A stretch of 56,048 bases of DNA, taken from a virus (Duplodnaviria; Caudoviricetes). This document shows positions 46,152 through 54,828 of this stretch, one piece after another (positions within the stretch are counted from its first letter, which is position 1; every line of letters starts with the position of its first letter). A model generated the notes under the pieces. It was not told where the DNA came from and searched no databases. It worked only from the letters and a program-made list of their open reading frames with translations. The stretch is from IMG/VR virus record IMGVR_UViG_3300031180_000001, positions 1 through 56,048 of that record. The stretch is one strand, 5' to 3'. Made by a program: the position numbers and the translations under genes.

Positions 46152-46439
46152 TTACGGTCCAATGTATTCCCAAACCCCGATGGGCCGGTTGTGATTTTCC
46201 TCTCGTGCGCTTTTGCGATAGCCGACGCAGCGCCAATACTTCGACGGTCGGAAAACCACGCCGTTGATCCGAGGATCAACACAGACCGGCGGCGGTAAGA
46301 CCTCCCGCACGTCGTCGATTGTGACCTCGCCGCGCTCTCTGGCGAGCCTGACCGCGACCTGACGAGCCTCCTCAATCCACCGGGAATGCGCGTCCTCTTG
46401 TAGTGAGAGGACAACACTCTCGTACAAACACGCGGCCAT
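46152..46439 (-). CDS. Hypothetical protein (winged-helix-like)
   Basis: GEVTIDDVRE...DPRINGVVF...KSAR...H.RPI.VW. Confidence 0.7.
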   Translation of the reverse strand: MAACLYESVVLSLQEDAHSRWIEEARQVAVRLARERGEVTIDDVREVLPPPVCVDPRINGVVFRPSKYWRCVGYRKSAREENHNRPIGVWEYIGP

Positions 46440-46443
46440 TACC

Positions 46444-47442
46444 TCACTCCGCAGCTAAGTCGAGATGTCGATTATCACTCTCAATCTGCTTTCTGTATTG
46501 ACAGAATCCGACGAAGTTGCCGTGATGCTCAGGGCACAACCAACCGATAATCGGCTCCCAATCGTCGGCGCGAGCAACGTGCTCTGCCGGTGAGGCGTGT
46601 ATGGGCTCGGCCGCCAGCAGCTTGTCGTGCAGCTTCTTTGCCCGCTCCAGGGTCATGTCAAAACCCTCGACCGTTTTGTAGCTGGTGGAGGCACACCGGG
46701 CGACGGAGAGCTTGATAAGGTCACCAATGGCAACCTCTCGATTCACAAAGTTAGTTACGACAATCTCCTGTTCGTGCGGATAATGGTCAACATCCTGCTC
46801 GGCGACTTCGATGAATCGATCCTCATCCCGCACGAACGGCAGGTGCCATTCGCCCGGCATAAGGGTTTGCACCGTGCTCTCGTCCTCCAGGCACTTGCGG
46901 ATCTCGCGGGCGAGCATACGGATGTGGGGCTCAGCGTCGGGATGATCCCTAAGCTCCAGAAAGTTATCCCACTCCGTGGAGCTGACCACGACTGTGATGT
47001 GGGCGAAAGGCTCCAAGAGCCTGTTGACCACCTGTTTGTGGTAGCCCGCTGCGTCGAAGGCTCGGGCCACTTCGATGGCGCGATCGCGAGCCTCCAGCCA
47101 CGCTTCCTCGCGGGTGAGCGTCTTCGGAACGGGATACTCCCCGATACCAGTTACGGCCATTTCCTCGCCCAGCTCCACCGGAGCATTGCACTCCTCAAGG
47201 GCCTGCATCCCGCGCTGATTCTTCCCCCAATAAATCGGCATGGCGGGATCGCGAAGGATGTCGTCGATGAGCTTTTCGACGGGGATGGCCCGTGAGCTGG
47301 CCGCGTTGCGCGAGAATACTCGGTGCGTCATCAGCTCGGCATGAATCCAGCGCGGATAACGCAACAACAGCGTCGTGAGAATTTTATCCGGCCGTGCGGC
47401 GTTGCGCGACCGAAGAACCGTGGTGGCCGAGATCGTGGTCAA
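46444..47442 (-). CDS. thyX: Flavin-dependent thymidylate synthase (ThyX-like)
   Basis: HAELMTHRVFSRNAASSRAIP, HKQVVNRLLEPF, NFLELR and HASPAEH motifs. Confidence 0.85.
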   Translation of the reverse strand: MTTISATTVLRSRNAARPDKILTTLLLRYPRWIHAELMTHRVFSRNAASSRAIPVEKLIDDILRDPAMPIYWGKNQRGMQALEECNAPVELGEEMAVTGIGEYPVPKTLTREEAWLEARDRAIEVARAFDAAGYHKQVVNRLLEPFAHITVVVSSTEWDNFLELRDHPDAEPHIRMLAREIRKCLEDESTVQTLMPGEWHLPFVRDEDRFIEVAEQDVDHYPHEQEIVVTNFVNREVAIGDLIKLSVARCASTSYKTVEGFDMTLERAKKLHDKLLAAEPIHASPAEHVARADDWEPIIGWLCPEHHGNFVGFCQYRKQIESDNRHLDLAAE

Positions 47443-48350
47443 ATCAGTTCCTCCTCTTCAATCCCGAGCAATTCGACGATCCGCTCGTATTCCTTTTCCG
47501 AGATGAACAGTCCCACGAGCCCCTTCTCACCTTTCCAGTTCACGTGAACCTCAGCATTCTCGAAAATGGAGCGCAGCTCCTTTTTCAGATTGGGGCGCTT
47601 TTCCTTGGGCTCGGCCACGGGCTCCGTTTCGTCAGCGTCGGCGTCATCCTCCACGTCGTCATCCTGGGGCTCGGCCTTCTTGTCCTCGCCAGCGGCCTCC
47701 TTGACGTGCTTTTTCGTCGCCCGTGTCTTGCCCTTCTCGATCGCCAGGGCGACCGCTGCTTTCAGCAACTCGGCAGCCCGGTCGCCGTACTCCTTGACGG
47801 TCTCGATCGCGAGCGTTGCCGAGATGAGCCCGGCACGCACGAGCGCGATGATCTCTTTCGGCGCTTCGATGAGCGTGATGAGATGCCCGACATAGACGCG
47901 GGTCACACCGGCCTTACGGGCGATGTCTGAATCGGACCAGCCAAGATCGACAAGCCGCTTGAACACGGTCGCCATCTCAAGTGGTGACAGGGGCTTGCCG
48001 GAGTTACGGAGGATCTGCCCGAATATGCGATCGGCCTCGCTCGCGTCCTTATCGCCCATCCGCACCGGCAAGAGCATGTCGGCCGACGCGCCATATTCCG
48101 AGATGGCCTTTTGCGCGGCGAAATAGCGACAGTGCCCATCCTCGATGTAGAGCTTGCCGTCCTCCATGTAGACCGTGAGCGGCTGCTTTACGCCTTCCTC
48201 GGCGATCGACTTGGCGAGCATGTCGATGTGCTCGACGTTCTCGGGATCATCGAGAATCCGGCTATTCCAGCCGTCTTTCACGCACAGGTCGTTGATGCTG
48301 ACCCGATAGAGGTCGCTCCGACCCTTCGCAATTTCCTTGATTGAAGCCAT
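47439..48350 (-). CDS. ParB/Srx N-terminal domain + HTH protein
   Basis: LAKSIAEEGVKQPLTV...IEDGHCRY; NSGKPLSPLE; HTH SDIARKAGVTRVYV. Confidence 0.8.
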   Translation of the reverse strand: MASIKEIAKGRSDLYRVSINDLCVKDGWNSRILDDPENVEHIDMLAKSIAEEGVKQPLTVYMEDGKLYIEDGHCRYFAAQKAISEYGASADMLLPVRMGDKDASEADRIFGQILRNSGKPLSPLEMATVFKRLVDLGWSDSDIARKAGVTRVYVGHLITLIEAPKEIIALVRAGLISATLAIETVKEYGDRAAELLKAAVALAIEKGKTRATKKHVKEAAGEDKKAEPQDDDVEDDADADETEPVAEPKEKRPNLKKELRSIFENAEVHVNWKGEKGLVGLFISEKEYERIVELLGIEEEELI

Positions 48351-48507
48351 TGTGTTCTCCCGTTTACGCAAAACAGTCAGCGGACTGACCAAACAATCAT
48401 GACAACGGCGAAACAAGCTGCGATGAAAGTGGCTGTTTCATAAGCGTCCATTTTCATCCTCACTCGTCACCCGACGGTCGCGATAATGACTCGCTTACTG
48501 TGACTTG

Positions 48508-48996
48508 TCAATGAATACGTGACACATCGGCCTCAAATTTCTCTGCCATCGTCACGGCTTCCTCCGGCGTCTCGGCGGCATCCAAAACGACATGATCCTC
48601 AAGGTGGATGCCAACAACCCAAAAGTCCCCGTCAAAATTCAATTCCGCGGAATCTCCCTCGGAATTGCTTATGACGATCATGTACTCGGTATTCTGGATG
48701 CGCCGCATCCAGGCGCTTCCGTTTTCGTCGGAATAGCGTGTGAAACCGTATTGCCTGAATGTCTCCGCGCCGCATTGGAGATGACACGGGCAGTCTTCGC
48801 CCTGATCCGCATAGACCGTTACTGCCCGCTGCTTCGCAAAACGCAGGGCGTATGGGAACTCGACGTGCTCGGCCCAATCGCATTTCCCGGCTACGCGGGC
48901 TTTCTCATCGTCTCGGTTGTAGACCTCAACGACGGGGACGAACCACCGGCAAGTTCCGCATCGCTTCATTGACGCCTCCGAAAGTGACTTTCGCAC
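48508..48996 (-). CDS. Hypothetical protein with Cys-rich N-terminus
   Basis: CGTCRWF...GKC...DCPC. Confidence 0.65.
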   Translation of the reverse strand: MRKSLSEASMKRCGTCRWFVPVVEVYNRDDEKARVAGKCDWAEHVEFPYALRFAKQRAVTVYADQGEDCPCHLQCGAETFRQYGFTRYSDENGSAWMRRIQNTEYMIVISNSEGDSAELNFDGDFWVVGIHLEDHVVLDAAETPEEAVTMAEKFEADVSRIH

Positions 48997-49034
48997 ACCA
49001 TATTAGCGTGCGAAGGCTCGTCTAAAGTGACAGA

Positions 49035-49775
49035 TCAGTAAGCCTTGCCGCCTGCTTTGAGCCGGTTTTCGGGCTTGTGATCGGGTCGGTTTGCGTTATA
49101 GGTCACCTTGTCGGCGAAGACATCGCCTGCGGGATGCTCCTCGTTGTCGCTTCCGAGGAGATCGAGAATCCGGATCATGGCGTCACATAACTCAACGCGG
49201 AAGGCAGGACGATGCGGCAGCTTATCGTCAACGGCCGACTTTCGGTGACCCTCCATCGCACGGCTGATGGACGCGTGCAGCTCAAGAAGCGCCTTTTGCT
49301 CGAAACCGACCGATTTCCAGGCGGCATCAACCGCTTCCTCAATGTTGTAAAGGGTGAACGCGTCCCATTTCTTCGCCTCAGCCGCCTCGCTGATCTCGGA
49401 ATGGATGAGGCACAACAGCTCTCCGACGTTGCGTTTGCCGTGTAGATCCTCACCTGTCTTGAGATCGGTCCACCATCCGGCGAGGACGTTGCGTTGATGG
49501 ATTTCCTTGGCGAGCCGATTGACGGCCTCCCTCATCCATTCGATGTCACTGTTAGGCTCGGGATCACCGGCTTTGCCAATGAAGCGCATCGAGCGATGCC
49601 AGTCGCTCGCCGGTCGGCTGTAAATGTGGCCGTTGACGACGTTGCGGTAAACGACCGTCGTGGGAAAATTCTGGTTATCGCTACTCGCGTTTGTAATGAG
49701 CATCACGCGATAAATGTTGCCGTCACGGTGCTCCCAAAGAGAGCCGATTTCCGGCAGATCAACAGGCTCACTCAC
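49035..49775 (-). CDS. DUF1653-like + MazG-like NTP pyrophosphatase fusion
   Basis: WEHRDGNIYRV...VVY...YSRP; ELLCLIHSEISEA, VELCDAMIRILD and KVTYNANR. Confidence 0.75.
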   Translation of the reverse strand: MSEPVDLPEIGSLWEHRDGNIYRVMLITNASSDNQNFPTTVVYRNVVNGHIYSRPASDWHRSMRFIGKAGDPEPNSDIEWMREAVNRLAKEIHQRNVLAGWWTDLKTGEDLHGKRNVGELLCLIHSEISEAAEAKKWDAFTLYNIEEAVDAAWKSVGFEQKALLELHASISRAMEGHRKSAVDDKLPHRPAFRVELCDAMIRILDLLGSDNEEHPAGDVFADKVTYNANRPDHKPENRLKAGGKAY

Positions 49776-49803
49776 TTCAACGATCTCCTCACTTTAACCG
49801 ACT

Positions 49804-50010
49804 TTACTCTACACCGGATTCATCTGTCACTTCCTCAACGAGGAGGACGTTTTTGGCACCCACCATCTCAAGGTAATGGGCGTAATCCTTGTAGCCCGCA
49901 TCCCGAGCAAGGGCGTTCAACGCATCTTCTTTGGTCTCGCCCTCATAGACGCCGAGGAAAACACCGGAGACTTGATTGCTGATATAGAACTTTTTCATCA
50001 CACCCTCCAC
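49804..50010 (-). CDS. Hypothetical protein
   Basis: SGVFLGVYEGETKEDALNALARDAGY; RBS present. Confidence 0.65.
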   Translation of the reverse strand: MEGVMKKFYISNQVSGVFLGVYEGETKEDALNALARDAGYKDYAHYLEMVGAKNVLLVEEVTDESGVE

Positions 50011-50078
50011 CTTTCAACTGACGAAGCGAGAATATTCGTTATCGTGCGGATCATCACTCTTGTACTGACCGTACTTCA

Positions 50079-50300
50079 TCAGATCAGCGTCGCCTTCTCG
50101 ATAGCCCTTTCCACCTGCCTCCGGTGTTCCTTAGCAATCGCGACCATACGCTCTATGATTTCATCCGAAGGCTGATATTCTTCCTTTACCCAGCGGTGAA
50201 TTTGGCGGGTGTTGAGACCGAGGGCGCGTGCCGTGGCATTCTGCCATCGAGGCCCGAACACAGCTTCGGCAAGGAGAATGAGGCGTTCCCTGTTAGTCAT
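50079..50300 (-). CDS. Small HTH protein
   Basis: FGPRWQNATARALGLNTRQIHRW. Confidence 0.75.
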   Translation of the reverse strand: MTNRERLILLAEAVFGPRWQNATARALGLNTRQIHRWVKEEYQPSDEIIERMVAIAKEHRRQVERAIEKATLI

Positions 50301-50611
50301 CGGAGTAGATCGTTTGGCAGCACAACAGCAGGTCCAACAATGTTGCGGAAGGCTATCAGAGTTGCCTTCTGATTTAAGGGCCGACCCTTGAGCAAACCCT
50401 CTTCATCCACAACCATGATGTGCCCTGGCAGTGTAGGTGTTGGAACAAGTTCTATGAACCCGCCGACCGCTTGTTGCAGCTCCTCCAACGAAGGTTCGGA
50501 ACCAACGAACTCAAAATCCTGAACACGACCATCCTCAAGGATTATAGCGCACACTCGACGTGTCATAACGTGGTAAGGCGTTCTCCTTGTTGCGTTGCGT
50601 CTATTATACAT
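50297..50611 (-). CDS. DUF3846-like protein
   Basis: SLEELQQAVGGFIELV...VVDEEGLLKGRPLN..AT. Confidence 0.8.
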   Translation of the reverse strand: MYNRRNATRRTPYHVMTRRVCAIILEDGRVQDFEFVGSEPSLEELQQAVGGFIELVPTPTLPGHIMVVDEEGLLKGRPLNQKATLIAFRNIVGPAVVLPNDLLR

Positions 50612-50650
50612 AGACTACCAAGATGATTCAAGTTATGTGTAAAGTGACTT

Positions 50651-51088
50651 TCAGCGGGTGTACTCCTCGCGCTTGACAGGCGTGACGTGAACAAACTTCT
50701 TGCGGTCCGGCATACGGTTGTCGAGGATCGACTGAACAACTTCGCGATCCGTCGTGACAACGTATACGCGAAGCGTTCCTTCCTTCTCACCCTTGCGCTC
50801 TCTGACTTCCAAGCATGAGACAGAGAAGCTGATAACGTCGTGGCGATCTCCCTTAAGGGGCTTGACATTGATGACCTTACCGCAAATCCAGCCGCGCTGG
50901 GCAAGCACGGTAGCAACCAGATCGTATCGCGGATCGTAGGTCTCTTTCACATTCTTGTCCGCGACCTCCAATTTCATTGGCTTCGGGGAAGCAACTCCCT
51001 CACGAACGTGCTTTGCCTCAATCGCGTGAAAGGCTACCGCAGCTCCCAAGCCAATAATGATTGCAGCGGGGATCAAGAATCTCATCAT
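50651..51088 (-). CDS. Hypothetical secreted or membrane-anchored protein
   Basis: Signal-like N-terminus; AAGGAGG RBS. Confidence 0.7.
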   Translation of the reverse strand: MMRFLIPAAIIIGLGAAVAFHAIEAKHVREGVASPKPMKLEVADKNVKETYDPRYDLVATVLAQRGWICGKVINVKPLKGDRHDVISFSVSCLEVRERKGEKEGTLRVYVVTTDREVVQSILDNRMPDRKKFVHVTPVKREEYTR

Positions 51089-51193
51089 GCCAGACCTCCT
51101 TTCAGGGACGCCTAATAGTGTGAAGCGGTTAATCGAAATTTACTCTTGCCCCTCAAGCCTCTGAGCGCAGCTCGATCGAGACGTTCGATTTGA

Positions 51194-51841
51194 CTACACA
51201 CTATGACTTTCTTTTTCATGGCTACGCACATACATTCCTTTTCCAAAAGCCTCAGCGTCGGAGCGATAAACGGCACGAGACCATTCAATGTATCGCTCCG
51301 GCATTTCTGCGTTGATTGCCGGTCGTGTATCGAGTAGAGCCCGAAGCCGAATGTATTCGGTTTCGAGCCAACCCATCCGATCCGGTGGATTGAAAAATCG
51401 GACCTTGACGCCAGCCTCGCTCAACATGTCGCTCGCTGCCGTTATCTCCTCGGCGAGCGCCATGAACTTTCCAGGCCCGTAGACGATTTCAACGATTCCC
51501 GCCTGGATGATCGTGCGGGTACATGCTGCGCACGGGTGATGCGTCACGTACAGCGTGCAACCCTCTGTACGGATTCCCTGGCGTGCAGCGAAGGCGATGA
51601 CGTTCGCCTCTGCGTGACTGGCAAAAAGGTATTTTTGCGGCCGCTCGAAACGCTTCGGTAAGTCATGCACTCCTATCGGAGGCCCGTTATAGCCGGTGAG
51701 ACGAACCTCACCGGCAGGACCAACAAGGCACGCGCCGACTTTCGTGGTATCCTTCGACCGCGTTGCTGCGTGGCGCGCAAAACCCATGAAATACTCATCT
51801 TTACTCGGGCGATCGAACATCACGGTTTGCTCCGTGCTCAT
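51194..51841 (-). CDS. dCMP deaminase
   Basis: TKVGAC, GYNG, HAEAN and PCAAC zinc-binding motifs. Confidence 0.92.
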   Translation of the reverse strand: MSTEQTVMFDRPSKDEYFMGFARHAATRSKDTTKVGACLVGPAGEVRLTGYNGPPIGVHDLPKRFERPQKYLFASHAEANVIAFAARQGIRTEGCTLYVTHHPCAACTRTIIQAGIVEIVYGPGKFMALAEEITAASDMLSEAGVKVRFFNPPDRMGWLETEYIRLRALLDTRPAINAEMPERYIEWSRAVYRSDAEAFGKGMYVRSHEKESHSV

Positions 51842-51904
51842 AGCATCCTCAAGTTAGACTCATTTTTCGTGGTGCGTCAATGTCAACGTGACGCTTTATC
51901 GAAA

Positions 51905-52312
51905 CTATCCGCTCACACGATCGAGCCACATATCGAAATGCCTCGCGCAGTACACCTTAAAGGCGCTTTCATTCTCGAATGGCTTCTCCCCTTCGACGTA
52001 GATCACGCCGTTGTAGTCCTCCACCGCCCAAAACGTGCAGCAGTCGCCAAGCCCTTCAATCTTATCGAAACGGGAATTCGCCTCACCATCAACGCTGATC
52101 GGATGGATGTAATAAGCATCGTTGAAAAGCTGATTCCTCCTTGTTCGCACCGGGTTCACGTCCCAGGCCACGATCGGACGCCTGATTATCGTGATTTCAC
52201 AACCAAGCTTGTTGTCTCCCTCCTTCACAATGGCCTCAATCATCTTGAAGCCTGGGTGTGCAGCGACGATGTGAGTGATGGAGTTGTTTGTTGCGCCATC
52301 ATCCCCCAGCAT
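51905..52312 (-). CDS. Hypothetical protein
   Basis: 135-aa ORF with RBS in the leftward operon. Confidence 0.65.
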   Translation of the reverse strand: MLGDDGATNNSITHIVAAHPGFKMIEAIVKEGDNKLGCEITIIRRPIVAWDVNPVRTRRNQLFNDAYYIHPISVDGEANSRFDKIEGLGDCCTFWAVEDYNGVIYVEGEKPFENESAFKVYCARHFDMWLDRVSG

Positions 52313-52509
52313 TTTAGCAACTCCGCTCCAGAAAAATAAGCAACGGCTACGAGCACAACGATTCCCACCGTGAGCGCCAAAACAGTATTGGCCAGCTTAT
52401 CTATTTTCGCGTTAGCCTCCTCCATTGCCACGTTGAGGTATTCCAGCTCCTCACCTAACCTTCTGATTGCATCCCTCAGATCGTCGTCGATTTTTTCAAT
52501 GCCCCTCAT
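52240..52509 (-). CDS. Hypothetical coiled-coil + TM protein
   Basis: MRGIEKIDDDL... start overlaps the upstream stop; TM segment VLALTVGIVVLVAVAYF. Confidence 0.55.
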   Translation of the reverse strand: MRGIEKIDDDLRDAIRRLGEELEYLNVAMEEANAKIDKLANTVLALTVGIVVLVAVAYFSGAELLKCWGMMAQQTTPSLTSSLHTQASR

Positions 52510-52685
52510 TTTACGAGCTTGCGGTAATAGTTCCTGTTTGTGTTTTTGTACTTCTCGTAATTGTAGCGCATCGCCTTCCGTCGTCGCGTCTCGCTGAGAA
52601 TGTATGACTCGACAAGTGTTCGTGGCTCCTCCAAGTCTTTCAGATACCAATGGGGGTCATGCTTCGGCTCTACTTCCTCCTTCAT
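52506..52685 (-). CDS. Hypothetical 59-aa protein (not in the ORF track)
   Basis: MKEEVEPKHDPHWYLKDLEEP...YYRKLVK*; GAGAGG RBS; ATGA coupling to the next gene. Confidence 0.55.
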   Translation of the reverse strand: MKEEVEPKHDPHWYLKDLEEPRTLVESYILSETRRRKAMRYNYEKYKNTNRNYYRKLVK

Positions 52686-52932
52686 TTACTAGCCTCTCGT
52701 ATGCACGCATCGCGTCGATTCCCATTTTGATGACGACGGCCGCTTGCGCCATTTGCTCACCCATTTGCCGATGCAGCGGATTGCTCTTGCACGCGTCCAT
52801 CAGATCGTTGATGCGACTTACGATCGATTTCAGATCGACTTCAATCGCATCAAGAATTTCTTTCTTGGAGGTTTCGGCGGAGTCTTGCAATTTCACGGTC
52901 CTTTCTCTGAATAATCGCGCGGAGGCTTTCAT
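52657..52932 (-). CDS. Hypothetical protein
   Basis: Helical ORF overlapping 52850-53110. Confidence 0.45.
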   Translation of the reverse strand: MKASARLFRERTVKLQDSAETSKKEILDAIEVDLKSIVSRINDLMDACKSNPLHRQMGEQMAQAAVVIKMGIDAMRAYERLVNEGGSRAEA

Positions 52933-53110
52933 TGTTGACTCTGAGGGCCGTCATCATGCGCCTCAGTTGCTCAGTATCTTCGGCGATGTGCTCGCCGATA
53001 TTCACGCGAAACCGGATGCGCCGCTTAAAAGCCTGCCAGAAGGTATTGAGAGCCCATCCCAGCCAAACAGCGCTCCCGTACCATCCGATTTCCCAAAGCC
53101 ATTCGATCAT
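52850..53110 (-). CDS. Hypothetical membrane / coiled-coil protein
   Basis: Trp-rich hydrophobic N-terminus; start coupled to the upstream stop. Confidence 0.6.
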   Translation of the reverse strand: MIEWLWEIGWYGSAVWLGWALNTFWQAFKRRIRFRVNIGEHIAEDTEQLRRMMTALRVNNESLRAIIQRKDREIARLRRNLQERNS

Positions 53111-53265
53111 AGGAACAGCGCGCCAACGGTCAGAATGAAGAAACCGCTCAGTGAGCCGATGAATGTTGATCCAATGCTCAAATTATCGTAGTCGCGGCCA
53201 AGACAGTACATTTGCATCGCCCCGAGAACGATAATTCCGAAGGCAATAATGAAGTGCATCAACAT
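53107..53265 (-). CDS. 52-aa two-TM membrane protein (not in the ORF track)
   Basis: MLMHFIIAFGIIVLGAMQ...GFFILTVGALFL*; coupled to the ligase stop and to the next start. Confidence 0.6.
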   Translation of the reverse strand: MLMHFIIAFGIIVLGAMQMYCLGRDYDNLSIGSTFIGSLSGFFILTVGALFL

Positions 53266-54146
53266 CAGATCAGCTCCTCCTCATCCCGGAACGATTTGAA
53301 GACTGGCAGCAACGGGCGGCCTTGTGACCCGACGCGCTGATACTTGAATGTGACGAGTTTCCCTAACAGTGACTCTCGCTCACGCCAAAAACGCTTGCGC
53401 TGGGTGTCGGTAAATCCCGTGCCAAGCTCGAAATGCACACCCTTCCAATTCAATATCAGCGCCCCGAGCTTTCCGGTAGGAACAAGTCCAGCTTTGGCCT
53501 TCGACCGCTTGGCATAGCCGCGCTCGTCACGGGTTTGCTCGTTCGTGTTGGACATCTGCTCGACGAAGCCGACAATGCGCGCCTCATCGTCGTTGAAGGG
53601 CTTGATCCGCAGCAGGTAGCCCTCACGCACAGTCGAGCGGCCGAACTTGTATTTGCCATCAGGGCAACGCAGGATCACACCGTCGAGGCCCTTCTCCGTA
53701 AGGCCGCCATCTGAAAGGAACTTTTCATAGTCGGCCAGCTCGTCGAGGTCATGGACAACCGTGGACTCGACACGCTCGCCCGCTCGGATTTCCTCGTAAC
53801 GCAGCTTGTAGGGCAAGTGTGGATTCTCGAAATGGTCGAAGCTGTGAAACACAAACTCGGGCTCACCGTCGCGGCTCTGTACCTTCGACTGGATTGTGCT
53901 CAGCTCGTCGGGCTTACCGTTTGTGTACGTGATGATTTCCCCGTCGTGATAGTGATACTTCGGATCACTGAGAATTTGCCGAATGTAGAGGTTCGGGATC
54001 GGCTTGAGGCTCCGGTTCAAGGCACCCTTACCCGGCACCACGACGCACCGGATGCCGTCGTGCTTCGGCTGAGCAATGAGCGGGAAGCTCAGTCGATCCC
54101 ACTCGACGTTGACCGCGAGCATAGGCTTGAAATCAGACATCATCAT
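53265..54146 (-). CDS. lig: ATP-dependent DNA ligase
   Basis: FKPMLA, KHDGIR (KxDG), DGEI, DGVILR, YKFGRST, GTGFTD, VTFKY and PVFK motifs. Confidence 0.92.
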   Translation of the reverse strand: MMMSDFKPMLAVNVEWDRLSFPLIAQPKHDGIRCVVVPGKGALNRSLKPIPNLYIRQILSDPKYHYHDGEIITYTNGKPDELSTIQSKVQSRDGEPEFVFHSFDHFENPHLPYKLRYEEIRAGERVESTVVHDLDELADYEKFLSDGGLTEKGLDGVILRCPDGKYKFGRSTVREGYLLRIKPFNDDEARIVGFVEQMSNTNEQTRDERGYAKRSKAKAGLVPTGKLGALILNWKGVHFELGTGFTDTQRKRFWRERESLLGKLVTFKYQRVGSQGRPLLPVFKSFRDEEELI

Positions 54147-54748
54147 AGCACAGGCTCGTACACGTGATTGTAGCAAGTGGGGCAGTATTGAGTTCCTGGT
54201 AGAACCGGGCGACCGCAGTATTTCCCAATGGGCTCCTCGGCGCGCCACAGTGGATGGTGACAATCCTTTGAAGTCAATTGCTCCAGTGTTTTACCGCCGT
54301 CCTCGGGAATGGGCGGGATGTACTCAATATTTTTCACAAACGGATCGACATTTCGCGTTTTGAGCTTCGGCGCGAAGGTGTGCCAAACCTTCGTGGATTT
54401 CTTTTTTTGCGGTGGTGTTGGCCCGTTCCTGAGTCTGATCCCTCGCCGGTTGCAGAAGCCGATAACCGCATTGCGCGAAACGGCACCGCCGAAATGAAGT
54501 GAGATGGCACGAGCGCTCTTACCGGCCTCGACCAGCTCCAGCAGCTCGTCGTAGTGATCCTCAAGGAAAAGGTTGCTGTTGGCATAGAGGGAGCGCCGAA
54601 CGTAGTTCTGCTCCTTGAGGTAGCGGATGATTGTCGCCTTAGAGGCGACGTGGCTCATGATCTCGACGATCTTGTTCGGCGCGATTTTCTCGCGCATCAT
54701 TCGCTGAATTTCTTCCTCGTAACCGTACAACGGATTCACCTTTAGCAC
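54143..54748 (-). CDS. gcrA: GcrA-like cell-cycle regulator
   Basis: GKSARAISLHFGGAVSRNAVIG..NRRG; TLEQLTSKDCHHP....KYCG.P..PG..YC..C. Confidence 0.85.
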   Translation of the reverse strand: MLKVNPLYGYEEEIQRMMREKIAPNKIVEIMSHVASKATIIRYLKEQNYVRRSLYANSNLFLEDHYDELLELVEAGKSARAISLHFGGAVSRNAVIGFCNRRGIRLRNGPTPPQKKKSTKVWHTFAPKLKTRNVDPFVKNIEYIPPIPEDGGKTLEQLTSKDCHHPLWRAEEPIGKYCGRPVLPGTQYCPTCYNHVYEPVL

Positions 54749-54828
54749 GTCAACTTCCTTTCAGATCGCACCGTCTTGAGTGACACTAGAGCACGGTCGG
54801 CGGGGACTGTCAACTATGTTGTGACGAA

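Larger units (their letters stand above)
4014..54825. promoter_or_regulatory. Dispersed 17-bp operator-like palindrome GTCA(C/A)-N7-(G/T)TGAC
   Basis: About 18 mostly intergenic copies, e.g. 4014, 5980, 8783, 15882, 32844, 36968, 38101, 41215, 48507, 51876, 54809. Confidence 0.75.
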
